From NCBI GenBank assembly GCA_964519475.1, contig CAZFKE010000003.1, positions 98,704 through 162,703 of the forward strand: a stretch of DNA of 64,000 nt. Reading direction: 5' to 3'. The notes under the pieces were generated by a model. It was not told the origin of the DNA, searched no databases, and worked only from the letters and a program-made list of their open reading frames with translations. The DNA comes from an uncultured Sediminibacterium sp. (lineage in GTDB: Bacteria; Bacteroidota; Bacteroidia; Chitinophagales; Chitinophagaceae). A program made the position numbers and the translations under genes. Shown in pieces: positions 48,150-57,827 of this stretch. Every line of letters begins with the position of its first letter. Within the stretch, counting starts at the first letter, position 1.

Positions 48150-48806
48150 ATGATGAACAGCGAGCAACGAAAATTGACGGTTAAGGCTTACCTGAGAAAA
48201 TTATTGCAATATTTTTTCCAGGGCTTAATCGTACTCGCACCCATAGGGATCACTATCTGGGTCGTACTTGGGTTGTTCAATTTTGTGGATGATATCCTGC
48301 CCAATATGATTCATGCGGTGGCTCCCGACCTGCTTACCAAAGATGCCGCCGGTAACCTGAATAAAATACCCGGACTGGGTTTTATCGTAGTAATCGTTCT
48401 GGTATTGTTTGTAGGCTGGGTCTCATCGCTGTTTGTGGTGGGCCGTCTAGTGTCTGTTTTAGATACCGTGCTGGAAAAAACACCCGGCATTAAATTCATC
48501 TATTCATCTGTCAAAGATTTTCTCGAAGCTTTTGCCGGTAACAAAAAGAAATTTGATAAACCCGTAATCGTCAATATTGATGCGCCGGATGTTTGGCGAA
48601 TCGGTTTCATTACCCAGCAAAATGCGCAGGCATTTGGTATGGAAGAGCATGTAACTGTATATGTGCCACATTCTTATGCCATCTCCGGTATTACATATAT
48701 CGTTCCCAAAGAGCGTGTTCGGCTCTTACCGAATATGAGTGCTGCCGATGCAATGAAGTATACCGTATCAGGTGGGGTTACGGATGTACATGAGTCGTTT
48801 TCATGA
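48150..48806 (+). CDS. DUF502 domain membrane protein
   Basis: FFQGLIVLAPIGIT, IPGLG, PGIKFIYSSVKD, IGFIT, VYVPHSY..SG, AMKYTVSGG. Confidence 0.9.
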   Translation: MMNSEQRKLTVKAYLRKLLQYFFQGLIVLAPIGITIWVVLGLFNFVDDILPNMIHAVAPDLLTKDAAGNLNKIPGLGFIVVIVLVLFVGWVSSLFVVGRLVSVLDTVLEKTPGIKFIYSSVKDFLEAFAGNKKKFDKPVIVNIDAPDVWRIGFITQQNAQAFGMEEHVTVYVPHSYAISGITYIVPKERVRLLPNMSAADAMKYTVSGGVTDVHESFS

Positions 48807-48931
48807 GTCGTCTGACGCGCATCATGCGTTTTCCTCCTTCAATCAATTACACTTCACGATTCAGCTCTCATCAATTCCTACCGCCTCCATTTCATCGAAA
48901 TGATTTTACTTTGCCCCTTCAAGTAAGCGTA

Positions 48932-50002
48932 ATGAAACTGCATAATTTTAATTCCGGCCCTTCTATTCTGCCACAACCCGTGCTCGAAGAAGCTGCCAAA
49001 GCGATCCTCAATTTTAATGATACCGGTTTATCTGTACTGGAGATAGGCCACCGTACGCCATGGTTCCAGGAAATATTGCAGGAGGCGGTTTCTTCCGTAA
49101 AACAGTTAATGCAGCTGGATGATACTTATGAAGTATTGTTTCTTCACGGAGGCGCCACAACCCAATTTATGCAGGTGCCGATGAATTTATTGGATGAAGG
49201 CCAAACGGCGGCGTATTGCGATAACGGTATCTGGGGAAGTAAGGCAGCCAAAGAAGCCGCTTTGTTTGGAAACGCAGTGGTCGTATCTGATACATCCGAT
49301 AAAAAACATACGTATATACAAAAAGATTTTGCCATTCCTTCCAATGCGGCTTACCTGCATATTACCAGTAACAATACAGTGGAAGGAACGCAATGGCATC
49401 ATTATCCAGATACCCCTGTTCCATTGATTGCTGATATGAGCAGCGATATCTTTAGCAGGCCAGTTGATTTTACAAAATTTTCTTTGATCTATGCCGGTGC
49501 CCAAAAAAATATGGGTGCTGCAGGTGTTAATCTTGTAGTGATTAAAAAAGATATATTGGGTAAGGTAAAACGCAAGATCCCTACGATCATGAATTACCAG
49601 AAACATATTGAGGCAGGTTCATTAATGAATACGCCCCCCGTGTTTGCCGTATATGTAAGTATGCTTACCCTGCGCTGGATTATTGCAGAAGGAGGTTTAG
49701 CGGAAATGGAAAAAAGAAGCACTGAAAAAGCAGCCCTTTTATATAATACATTGGATTCACTACCTGTTTTTACCTCCCCGATTGCTAAAGAAGACCGGAG
49801 TCAGATGAATGCGGTGTTTTTTCTCAGTAATCCTTTATTGGAAGCCTCTTTTCTCGACCGCTGTAAACAAGAAGGAATGATTGGCGTAAAAGGGTATCGC
49901 ACCATCGGTGGTATACGCGTTAGCATGTACAATGCCTTGCCTCTAAGCAGTGTTCAGATCTTCTGCGATCTGATGAAGGATTTCGCACAGAAGAACGGCT
50001 AA
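48932..50002 (+). CDS. serC: Phosphoserine aminotransferase
   Basis: HNFNSGPSILP, GHRT, FLHGGAT.QF, SNNTVEG, DMSSD, YAGAQKNMG, NTPP, GYRTIGGIRVSMYNA. Start set at ATG 48932. Confidence 0.96.
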   Translation: MKLHNFNSGPSILPQPVLEEAAKAILNFNDTGLSVLEIGHRTPWFQEILQEAVSSVKQLMQLDDTYEVLFLHGGATTQFMQVPMNLLDEGQTAAYCDNGIWGSKAAKEAALFGNAVVVSDTSDKKHTYIQKDFAIPSNAAYLHITSNNTVEGTQWHHYPDTPVPLIADMSSDIFSRPVDFTKFSLIYAGAQKNMGAAGVNLVVIKKDILGKVKRKIPTIMNYQKHIEAGSLMNTPPVFAVYVSMLTLRWIIAEGGLAEMEKRSTEKAALLYNTLDSLPVFTSPIAKEDRSQMNAVFFLSNPLLEASFLDRCKQEGMIGVKGYRTIGGIRVSMYNALPLSSVQIFCDLMKDFAQKNG

Positions 50003-50040
50003 TTTGATAAGCGGCGTTCCCGTAAACGGTTTTTCCCCTA

Positions 50041-50073
50041 TTTTTGGACCAAAATACGATTTTGGTCGAAAAA
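50041..50073. promoter_or_regulatory. Candidate TetR operator abutting the start codon of the inositol-lipid operon regulator
   Basis: TTTTTGGACCAAAAT-ACG-ATTTTGGTCGAAAAA, 14/15 complementary. Confidence 0.65.
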
Positions 50074-50687
50074 TGCTAATAACAAAGGACGATATTATCA
50101 AGGATGAAATCCTGAAAGAGGCTCAGAAATTATTCCAGCAGTTTGGCGTAAAGAAAACCACCATGGAAGATATTGCCAAAGCCATGGGTAAGGGCAAGAG
50201 CACACTCTATTATTATTACTGCAGCAAGGAAGACATATTTGATGCCGTAATCCAGAAAGAAATGGATGAGGTATTTCATTTTGTACAACAGGCCGTAGAA
50301 AAAGCAGTAACCGCGGAAGAGAAATTAAAAGTATTTACCCTTTCCAAAATCAAAGCCGTACAAAAAAAAGCAAACCTCTATAAGATTGTCAGGGGTGAGA
50401 TGCAGGATACCCTTCGCTGTATGAAACACCTGCATACAGCATACGATATGCAGGAAACCCGTCTTGTAAAAGAAATTTTACTGTTCGGCATTCAAAATGG
50501 CGAGTTTGCGAAAGAGATCAAGAAGGATCTGGATATTCTTCCGTCGGTAATGGTTAGTTCATTGCGGGGGCTGGAAAGGGATCTTTTCACCAATCATAAA
50601 TACGCCAAACTGGAATCGCGCATGGAATCCATTATGGGTATTATGATGCGGGGTTTGAAAGCGGTACATTACCAGGCGGCACATTAA
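50073..50687 (+). CDS. TetR/AcrR family regulator
   Basis: FGVKKTTMEDIAKAMGKGKSTLYYYYCSKEDIF HTH. Start set at ATG 50073. Confidence 0.92.
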   Translation: MLITKDDIIKDEILKEAQKLFQQFGVKKTTMEDIAKAMGKGKSTLYYYYCSKEDIFDAVIQKEMDEVFHFVQQAVEKAVTAEEKLKVFTLSKIKAVQKKANLYKIVRGEMQDTLRCMKHLHTAYDMQETRLVKEILLFGIQNGEFAKEIKKDLDILPSVMVSSLRGLERDLFTNHKYAKLESRMESIMGIMMRGLKAVHYQAAH

Positions 50688-50727
50688 AACAGCAGGTCCT
50701 TTTTTCTGAAAGTATAAAACAAAGTAT

Positions 50728-52053
50728 ATGAAAGAGAGCATTCAATCGGCAGAGGGTAAACTGGGTATCTTGCTTCCCGGTCTTGGGGCCGTTGCCACCA
50801 CTATGATCGCGGGCGTAGCAGCGGTTAAAAAAGGGATTTCACAACCCATTGGGGCTTTAACACAAATGGGTAGTATCCGTTTGGGAAAGCGCACCGAGAA
50901 CCGTTATCCGTTAATCAAAGATTTTGTGCCTTTGGCAGCACTCAGTGATATCGCCTTTGGCGGATGGGATGTATATGCAGATAATGTATACGACGCGGCT
51001 ATGAAAGCCCGGGTGCTGGAGCCTTCTTTATTACAATCCATTAAACCGGAACTGGAAGCAATCGTTCCGATGAAAGCGGTGTTTGATACCTCTTATATCA
51101 AAAACCTGGATGGAACCCATATCAAAAAAGCAGCCACCAAATATGATCTGGCCTTGGCAGTAATGGAGGACATTGAAAATTTTCGTGATGCCAATGACTG
51201 TTCACGTGTGGTAATTGTTTGGTGTGGATCTACCGAAAAATATATTGAAGAATCTGAAGTACATCAAAGCATTGAATTTTTTGAAGAAGGATTACGAAAC
51301 AATGATCCGGCCATTGCGCCAAGCATGATCTATGCATATGCTGCTTTAAAACTGGGTGTTCCTTTTGCCAATGGCGCCCCCAACTTAACCTGTGATATAC
51401 CGGCATTGATCCAATTGGCTAAAGAAACCGGTACCCCTATCGGCGGTAAGGATTTCAAAACCGGTCAGACTTTAATGAAAACCATACTGGCGCCGGGTTT
51501 AAGTGCACGTGCCCTGGGTATCCGTGGATGGTTCTCTACCAATATCCTGGGTAACCGTGATGGTTTAGTATTGGATGATCCGGATAATTTTAAAACAAAA
51601 GAAGTATCCAAGCTGAGTGTATTGGAAGATATTTTACAACCGGACATCAATCCTGAATTATACGGAGATCTTTATCATAAAGTGCGCATCAATTATTATC
51701 CGCCGCATGGCGATAATAAAGAAAGCTGGGATAATATCGACATCTTCGGATGGCTTGGCTATTCTATGCAGATCAAGATCAATTTTCTTTGCCGCGATTC
51801 TATTTTAGCTGCTCCGATCGTATTGGACCTGGCTTTATTCATGGATCTTGCCAAACGTGCCAATATGAGTGGTATCCAGGAATGGTTATCCTTCTATTTC
51901 AAATCGCCGCAAACAGCGCCGGGCTTACGTCCTGAGCACGACATTTTTAAACAACTGATCAAATTACAGAATACCCTAAGGCATATGATGGGTGAAGACC
52001 TGATTACGCATCTGGGATTGGATTATTATCAGGATCTGGTTGAAGCCCTTTAA
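50728..52053 (+). CDS. ino1: myo-inositol-1(3)-phosphate synthase
   Basis: GLGAVAT Rossmann motif, FGGWD, VWCGSTE, NGAPN, GKDFKTGQT, NILGNRDG, KESWD, CRDSILAAP, FYFKSP. Confidence 0.96.
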   Translation: MKESIQSAEGKLGILLPGLGAVATTMIAGVAAVKKGISQPIGALTQMGSIRLGKRTENRYPLIKDFVPLAALSDIAFGGWDVYADNVYDAAMKARVLEPSLLQSIKPELEAIVPMKAVFDTSYIKNLDGTHIKKAATKYDLALAVMEDIENFRDANDCSRVVIVWCGSTEKYIEESEVHQSIEFFEEGLRNNDPAIAPSMIYAYAALKLGVPFANGAPNLTCDIPALIQLAKETGTPIGGKDFKTGQTLMKTILAPGLSARALGIRGWFSTNILGNRDGLVLDDPDNFKTKEVSKLSVLEDILQPDINPELYGDLYHKVRINYYPPHGDNKESWDNIDIFGWLGYSMQIKINFLCRDSILAAPIVLDLALFMDLAKRANMSGIQEWLSFYFKSPQTAPGLRPEHDIFKQLIKLQNTLRHMMGEDLITHLGLDYYQDLVEAL

Positions 52054-52502
52054 TGAACTTCTATAAAACCATAGCATCTATATTCGGTATCGGCTTTATC
52101 AAAGGCGGAGGATCTATAGCAGCGGCAGTTACCTGTTTGTTTTGGTTTTGGTTACAACCGGATGGAAAATTTCATCTGTACCTTTTACCTGTAACGCTTC
52201 TGATCACAGCATTAGGTGTGTGGGTTTCGAATAAGGTAGAAGCAGATTGGGGCAGTGATAGCAGCAGGGTAGTGATAGATGAGGTGGCGGGTATGTGCAT
52301 CAGCCTGTTGTTTGTGCCGGTAACCATTAAATATGTGATCATAGGGTTTGTGCTGTTTCGGTTCAATGATATTGTAAAGCCTCTGTTTATCAAAAAAGCA
52401 GAAGCATTACCCGGTGGTTGGGGTGTAATGGCAGATGATCTGTTGGCGGGTGTTTATGCCAATGTATTGTTACAGTTGATTATTTATTTAAAATGGGTTT
52501 AG
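52053..52502 (+). CDS. pgpA: PgpA-family lipid phosphate phosphatase (putative PIP phosphatase)
   Basis: VVIDEVAGM, FRFNDIVKP, GGWGVMADDLLAG; TAATG coupling to ino1. Confidence 0.9.
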   Translation: MNFYKTIASIFGIGFIKGGGSIAAAVTCLFWFWLQPDGKFHLYLLPVTLLITALGVWVSNKVEADWGSDSSRVVIDEVAGMCISLLFVPVTIKYVIIGFVLFRFNDIVKPLFIKKAEALPGGWGVMADDLLAGVYANVLLQLIIYLKWV

Positions 52503-52506
52503 ATAC

Positions 52507-52878
52507 ATGGCTACATTCATCAAAGCGCAGGCAGCATCTTTAACGGCAACGGCTGTTGATTTTACAGTTACGGTTGTGCTGAAAGAGCTGTTGGGTTGCT
52601 GGTATTTGCTGGCCAGCGTTTTAGGAACGTTCAGTGGCGGGATTGTTAATTTTTTAATGAACCGTTCCTGGGTATTCAGGGCAAAAGATAAAAAAATCCA
52701 TTTTCAGGCTATGAAATATATCATGGTGTGGATGGGTAACCTGTTACTGGTATCTGGCGGCGTATTTTTTTTAACGAATTACGGTGGTATCAGTTACCTG
52801 ATTTCCAAAATAGCCGTATCTGGTATCGTAGGTATGTTTTATAATTATGTGCTTCAAAAGCGCTTTGTGTTTAAATAA
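52507..52878 (+). CDS. GtrA family small membrane protein
   Basis: ATAVDF, GGIVNFLMNRSWVF, YNYVLQKRFVF; four TM segments. Confidence 0.88.
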   Translation: MATFIKAQAASLTATAVDFTVTVVLKELLGCWYLLASVLGTFSGGIVNFLMNRSWVFRAKDKKIHFQAMKYIMVWMGNLLLVSGGVFFLTNYGGISYLISKIAVSGIVGMFYNYVLQKRFVFK

Positions 52879-52884
52879 AGAATA

Positions 52885-55431
52885 ATGAAAAGAAAAAAGG
52901 CAAGTGGCGGATTGGTAGTATTGTTCCTTTTAATAGGGTGGGTTCAGGGCTTGGCACAAACGGTTGTGCAGGGAGAGGTTACCGATATGATCAGTAAACG
53001 GCCTTTACAATATGTAAGCGTTGTTTTAAAAGGAGGAAGGGGAACGGTTACCGATAGCCTGGGGAAATTTACCCTTCGCTCTTCCGGTGGGATTGCTGTT
53101 ATCCAGGTAACATATATAGGCTATAAAACGATCCTGAAAAATATTACACCGGGCATTTCGCAAACGATGAATTTTGAATTGGAAACCGATCCTAAGGCAA
53201 CTAATAATGTAACGGTTACCACCAATAAAAGAGCCTCGTATAAGAATAAAGGCAATCCTGCAGTAGAACTGATCAGGCGCGTTATCGAAAACAAAGCGAT
53301 CAACCGAACCGATCATTATGATTATGTGCAGTATGATCAATATGAAAAACTGGAAGTATCACTCAGTAATATAAATGATAAACTTACCAATTCAAAACTG
53401 CTTAAAAATTATAAATTTCTTTTTGAGAATAGAGATACCACCAAAGTAGAAGGCAAGTCTTTATTACCCGTTTACCTCGAAGAAACCTTATCCAAAAAAT
53501 ATTTTCGTAAAAAACCTGAAAAGACAAAAACCATTGTAACCGGCGAGAAGCGTGTAAACTTTGGCGAGTATATTGACAATGCCGGTGTAAGCAGTTACCT
53601 GAATCGTTTGATTATGGATATTGATATCTATGATAATGATATTCCTTTGTTTACGTACCAGTTTTTAAGCCCGATAGCCGATCTCGCCCCAACATTTTAT
53701 ATGTATTACATCAGGGATACCACTACGGATGCAAGCGGGCAGAAGCTGATCAAATTATATTTCACGCCACGTAATACGAATGATCTTTTGTTCAGGGGCA
53801 ATATGTGGATCACATTGGATGGTAACTATGCTGTTCGGAAAATGAGTATGTTCCTGAGCAAGAATGCCAACCTCAATTTTGTACGTGAATTACATATTGA
53901 TCTGGATTTTGAAAAAAGTGAAGACAATCGTTATCACCTGAGTAAGAGTAACGTAATGGCTGATGCAAGCGTGACCAAAAATTCGGGGAGTGGTTTTTTT
54001 GGAGAGCGAACGGTTTCGTTTAAAAACTTTAAGATCAACCAGGCAATGCCGGATACAATATACGCAGGCCCGGCAACGGTAAAGCTTGATCAATCGGATA
54101 CGCATCCGGATAGTTTCTGGCTGGCTAACCGCCATGACACCTTAACCAGGGTAGAAGCCAAAGTATATAGTAATATTGACAGCCTGGAAAAAATGCCTTC
54201 TTTCCGCAGAACGATGGCTTTTCTGACTTTCCTGTTGGCAGGTTACACTTCTTTTGGTGGATTTGAACTTGGGCCCGCCGCGGCCTTCTACAGCTTTAAT
54301 CCCGTGGAAGGTTTTAAATTAAGATTGGGAGGAAGAACCACACCCAAACTCAGTAAAAGCATTTATTTTGAAGGATATGGTGCATATGGTTTTAAAGATG
54401 AACGATGGAAATATTTTCTGAGCAGCACATACTCGCTCAATAATAAATCGATCTATGAATACCCCTTAAATTTTATAAGGGTGGGTTATCAACACGACAC
54501 CAAAATTCCCGGACAGGAATTACAGTTTGTATCGGAAGACAATTTCCTTCTGTCTTTTAAACGCGGTAAGAACGATCGCTGGTTATACAATAGTAATTTC
54601 AAATTTGATTATGTACATGAATTACCGAATCATCTTTCATATACATTAGGATTTAAGAACTGGAAACAGGAACCTGCCGGATCTATCGTATATACCAAAG
54701 TAGATAATGGTTCTACGGTGAATGTAAATAAACTGATTACCAGTGAATTCTCCGGTGAATTGCGTTGGGCACCGCATGAACAATTCTACCAGGGTAAAGT
54801 GTATCGTATCCCGATCATTAATAAATATCCCATTTTTACATTGCGTTTTATTGCCGGTGTAAAAGGGATCTTGAATAGCGAATACAATTACCAGAATATA
54901 AGTGCGAGGTTTGAGAAAAGAGCGTTCATGTCGCAGTTGGGTTACAGTGATTTAGTATTGGAAACGGGTTATATCTTCGGCAAACTGCCTTATCCTTTAA
55001 TGACTATTCACCGTGCTAACCAGACGTATGCGTATCAATTAAATTCGTATAACCTAATGAACTTTCAGGAATTTGTGAGTGATCATTTCTTTGCAATCAA
55101 TATTGATCACCATTTTAATGGCCTTTTCTTTAATCGTGTACCCTTATTGAAAAAGCTGAAATGGCGCGAAGTAATCTCGCTGAAAATGTTATATGGCGGT
55201 GTGCGCGATGAAAATAAACCGTCCAACGACCCATCGTTGATTAAATACCCGGTTATTGATGGCGGGCCAGCTACTTTCTCATTGGATAAAAAGCCATATA
55301 TAGAAGGTAGTGTAGGCATTACTAATATATTTAAGTTGATACGGGTTGACCTGGTAAAAAGGTTTAACTATCTTGAAAACCCATATGTGGCCAGTTTGGG
55401 TATCAGGGCCAGGTTCAAATTTGATTTTTAG
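52885..55431 (+). CDS. DUF5686 family protein with carboxypeptidase-regulatory-like N-domain, probable outer membrane protein
   Basis: Signal peptide, GEVTD...TDSLGKFTL...YIGY domain, NPAVELIRRVI, YDQYEK, FNPVEGFKLRLGGRT, YIEGSVGITNIFKLIRVD, terminal FDF. Confidence 0.85.
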   Translation: MKRKKASGGLVVLFLLIGWVQGLAQTVVQGEVTDMISKRPLQYVSVVLKGGRGTVTDSLGKFTLRSSGGIAVIQVTYIGYKTILKNITPGISQTMNFELETDPKATNNVTVTTNKRASYKNKGNPAVELIRRVIENKAINRTDHYDYVQYDQYEKLEVSLSNINDKLTNSKLLKNYKFLFENRDTTKVEGKSLLPVYLEETLSKKYFRKKPEKTKTIVTGEKRVNFGEYIDNAGVSSYLNRLIMDIDIYDNDIPLFTYQFLSPIADLAPTFYMYYIRDTTTDASGQKLIKLYFTPRNTNDLLFRGNMWITLDGNYAVRKMSMFLSKNANLNFVRELHIDLDFEKSEDNRYHLSKSNVMADASVTKNSGSGFFGERTVSFKNFKINQAMPDTIYAGPATVKLDQSDTHPDSFWLANRHDTLTRVEAKVYSNIDSLEKMPSFRRTMAFLTFLLAGYTSFGGFELGPAAAFYSFNPVEGFKLRLGGRTTPKLSKSIYFEGYGAYGFKDERWKYFLSSTYSLNNKSIYEYPLNFIRVGYQHDTKIPGQELQFVSEDNFLLSFKRGKNDRWLYNSNFKFDYVHELPNHLSYTLGFKNWKQEPAGSIVYTKVDNGSTVNVNKLITSEFSGELRWAPHEQFYQGKVYRIPIINKYPIFTLRFIAGVKGILNSEYNYQNISARFEKRAFMSQLGYSDLVLETGYIFGKLPYPLMTIHRANQTYAYQLNSYNLMNFQEFVSDHFFAINIDHHFNGLFFNRVPLLKKLKWREVISLKMLYGGVRDENKPSNDPSLIKYPVIDGGPATFSLDKKPYIEGSVGITNIFKLIRVDLVKRFNYLENPYVASLGIRARFKFDF

Positions 55432-55460
55432 TTATTTTATTGTTGATAAAGTATGTTTTA

Positions 55461-56786
55461 ATGGAAAGAGTTCCTCTTAGAATACGATTGCAGAAAGCGA
55501 TATATATTGTGATTGACCCGTTTGTGAAACTATTGATTAAACTGGGGTTGACCCCGAATGCAGTTACCACTATCGGTTTTGTTTTAAATGTAGGTGTGGC
55601 AGTGATTTTTGTGGCAGGCGCAGAAGAAGGCAACCGCGACGATCTTTCTTATGTAGGATGGGCAGGCGCTTTAATATTATTTGCCGGGTTATTTGATATG
55701 CTTGACGGACAGGTGGCACGCATTGGCAAAATGGGCTCTTCTTTTGGTGCATTGTACGATTCTGTACTTGACAGGTATAGCGAATTGATTATGTTTCTGG
55801 GTATTTGTTATTATCTCGTAGGGCATCATTATTTTCTCAGTTCTCTTTTTGCTTTTATTGCGCTCATCGGTTCAATGATGGTAAGTTATACAAGGGCCAG
55901 GGCGGAAGGATTGGGTATTGAATGCAAAGACGGTTTAATGCAAAGGCCCGAACGGATTATACTGATAGGCGTTTCGGCTATTGCCTGTGGGATGACCGGT
56001 TATTATATGGGAGGTGATCATAAATGGTATATATCGGGTATTTCTTTTCATGTGCTGGAAACCATGTCCATCTTCACAATCCCGATTGCAGTCATGGCCA
56101 TATTAACCAATATAACCGCATTAAAAAGATTATTGGGCGCCAAAAAAACACTGGATGCAAGAGATGGCAAACAAAATGCTCCTGAAATTTCATCTCATAA
56201 ATTAATGATGGGTATTGGCCTGGTTATGTTAACTAGCTTTGCTTTTACCAATAAGCATACATCCGTTACAATAATGCCTGAAACGGTAATGACGGAAGAA
56301 AGGGAGGGAGACCCACAGGATAGTTTTCCGGTTCCCAGCGGCAATCTTAACCAGTTATTCTACCTGCAAAGAACCACCAATACCAATACGATCATTTGTG
56401 AATTGAATATAGACAGCAAGGGAAAGCTAAATGAAGAATCACCTGTACATGTTTTCTGGATCCGTTACAATGAAGGAGGGATGCACAAAGAACTCAGTTA
56501 TATACAACGTGTGTTTGCATATGGCATAAAATCACAATCATTGGGTAATGGAACCTATAAACTACATTTTGTTTCTTACAAAAAGCAGTCACTCACGTTA
56601 ATGACATCGCCTAAAGACAATAAATACCATGTGTATGTCACCATCAATCAAAAGCAGGCATTACTGAACAGGATATTTATAAAAGTAGATGGTGGTTCTT
56701 TCTGGGCGCCCAATGTAGTATACATGGAAATGAAAGGAACAGACCCCGTTACTGGTAAAGAGCTGGTAGAAAGATTCAAACCCTGA
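55461..56786 (+). CDS. CDP-alcohol phosphatidyltransferase (PIP-synthase-like) fused to a C-terminal DUF4833-like domain
   Basis: DMLDGQVAR...G...DSVLDRY signature, MVSYTRARAE, MQRPER; after a hydrophobic linker the C-domain reads LFYLQRTTNTNTIICELN...WIRY...AYG...GGSFWAP. The DUF4833 call is by recall. Confidence 0.8.
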   Translation: MERVPLRIRLQKAIYIVIDPFVKLLIKLGLTPNAVTTIGFVLNVGVAVIFVAGAEEGNRDDLSYVGWAGALILFAGLFDMLDGQVARIGKMGSSFGALYDSVLDRYSELIMFLGICYYLVGHHYFLSSLFAFIALIGSMMVSYTRARAEGLGIECKDGLMQRPERIILIGVSAIACGMTGYYMGGDHKWYISGISFHVLETMSIFTIPIAVMAILTNITALKRLLGAKKTLDARDGKQNAPEISSHKLMMGIGLVMLTSFAFTNKHTSVTIMPETVMTEEREGDPQDSFPVPSGNLNQLFYLQRTTNTNTIICELNIDSKGKLNEESPVHVFWIRYNEGGMHKELSYIQRVFAYGIKSQSLGNGTYKLHFVSYKKQSLTLMTSPKDNKYHVYVTINQKQALLNRIFIKVDGGSFWAPNVVYMEMKGTDPVTGKELVERFKP

Positions 56787-56787
56787 T

Positions 56788-57729
56788 ATGGATAATCCGT
56801 CAGCCAAAACAAATTTGCTATTCTCAGCCAATCATATCTGGGCCTGTGCGGCTGTTTCGGCAGGTTACCTGTTGCTGTCTGCTTTCCTGATCGGGTTTAA
56901 GACAGAACAGGTTTATTTGGTTGCCATCTTCAACGCAATGTATTTTGCTTCGGGCATTACACGAAAATTTATCACCGGGTTTTCCATCTTTTTTATTTTC
57001 TGGATTCTATACGATTATATGAAGGCCTTCCCCAATTATCTCTATCAAACGGTACATATTGAAGACCTTTATCTCACAGAAAAAAGAATATTCGGTATTC
57101 ACTATGGAGGAACGGTGCTTACGCTGAATGAATATTTTCTGCAACACCCTACAACCCTGTTAGATATCCTTACCGGTATCAGCTATTTATGCTGGATGCC
57201 GGTGCCCCTGGCATTTGCGGGCTATTTATTTTTTAAAGAGCGATCTGCTTTTCTCCAGTTCTCCCTGAGTTTCTTTTTAGTTAACATGATGGGTTTTGTT
57301 ATTTACTACCTGTATCCTGCAGCACCACCATGGTATGTGCAACAACATGGGTTTCAATTTATCGCTTCCACACATGGCAATACTGCCGGGTTAGAAAGAT
57401 TTGACAGCTATGTTCATTTACCCATTTTCCAGTCATTATATACAAAAGGTTCCAATGTGTTTGCGGCTATGCCTTCATTGCATGCTTCTTACCCGGTGAT
57501 TGTTTTATATTACGGTTATAGGTTCAGGCTGGGAAAAATAAATAGTTTATTTGCCCTGCTGGTAGCCGGTATCTGGTTTTCGGCCATTTATAACAGCCAT
57601 CATTATGTATTGGATATTCTTGCCGGAACCGGCTGTGCCATTGCGGGTATTGCCTTGTTTCAATGGGCAATGAAGAAAAATGCAGCCTTCCAACGATTTT
57701 TACGAATGTTTGTTAGGGCAATAGAATAA
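56788..57729 (+). CDS. Aur1/IPC-synthase-like PAP2 membrane protein (putative inositol-phosphoceramide synthase)
   Basis: YPAAPPWY, FAAMPSLH, HHYVLD motifs; multiple TM segments. Confidence 0.88.
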   Translation: MDNPSAKTNLLFSANHIWACAAVSAGYLLLSAFLIGFKTEQVYLVAIFNAMYFASGITRKFITGFSIFFIFWILYDYMKAFPNYLYQTVHIEDLYLTEKRIFGIHYGGTVLTLNEYFLQHPTTLLDILTGISYLCWMPVPLAFAGYLFFKERSAFLQFSLSFFLVNMMGFVIYYLYPAAPPWYVQQHGFQFIASTHGNTAGLERFDSYVHLPIFQSLYTKGSNVFAAMPSLHASYPVIVLYYGYRFRLGKINSLFALLVAGIWFSAIYNSHHYVLDILAGTGCAIAGIALFQWAMKKNAAFQRFLRMFVRAIE

Positions 57730-57827
57730 ACAGCAACCCGTGGATAGTTGATGATTCATGAACCATGCTCTTTCAACTATGGATGATGATAATGTTTCTT
57801 TTATAATTATTTACGGATATTTGCGGC

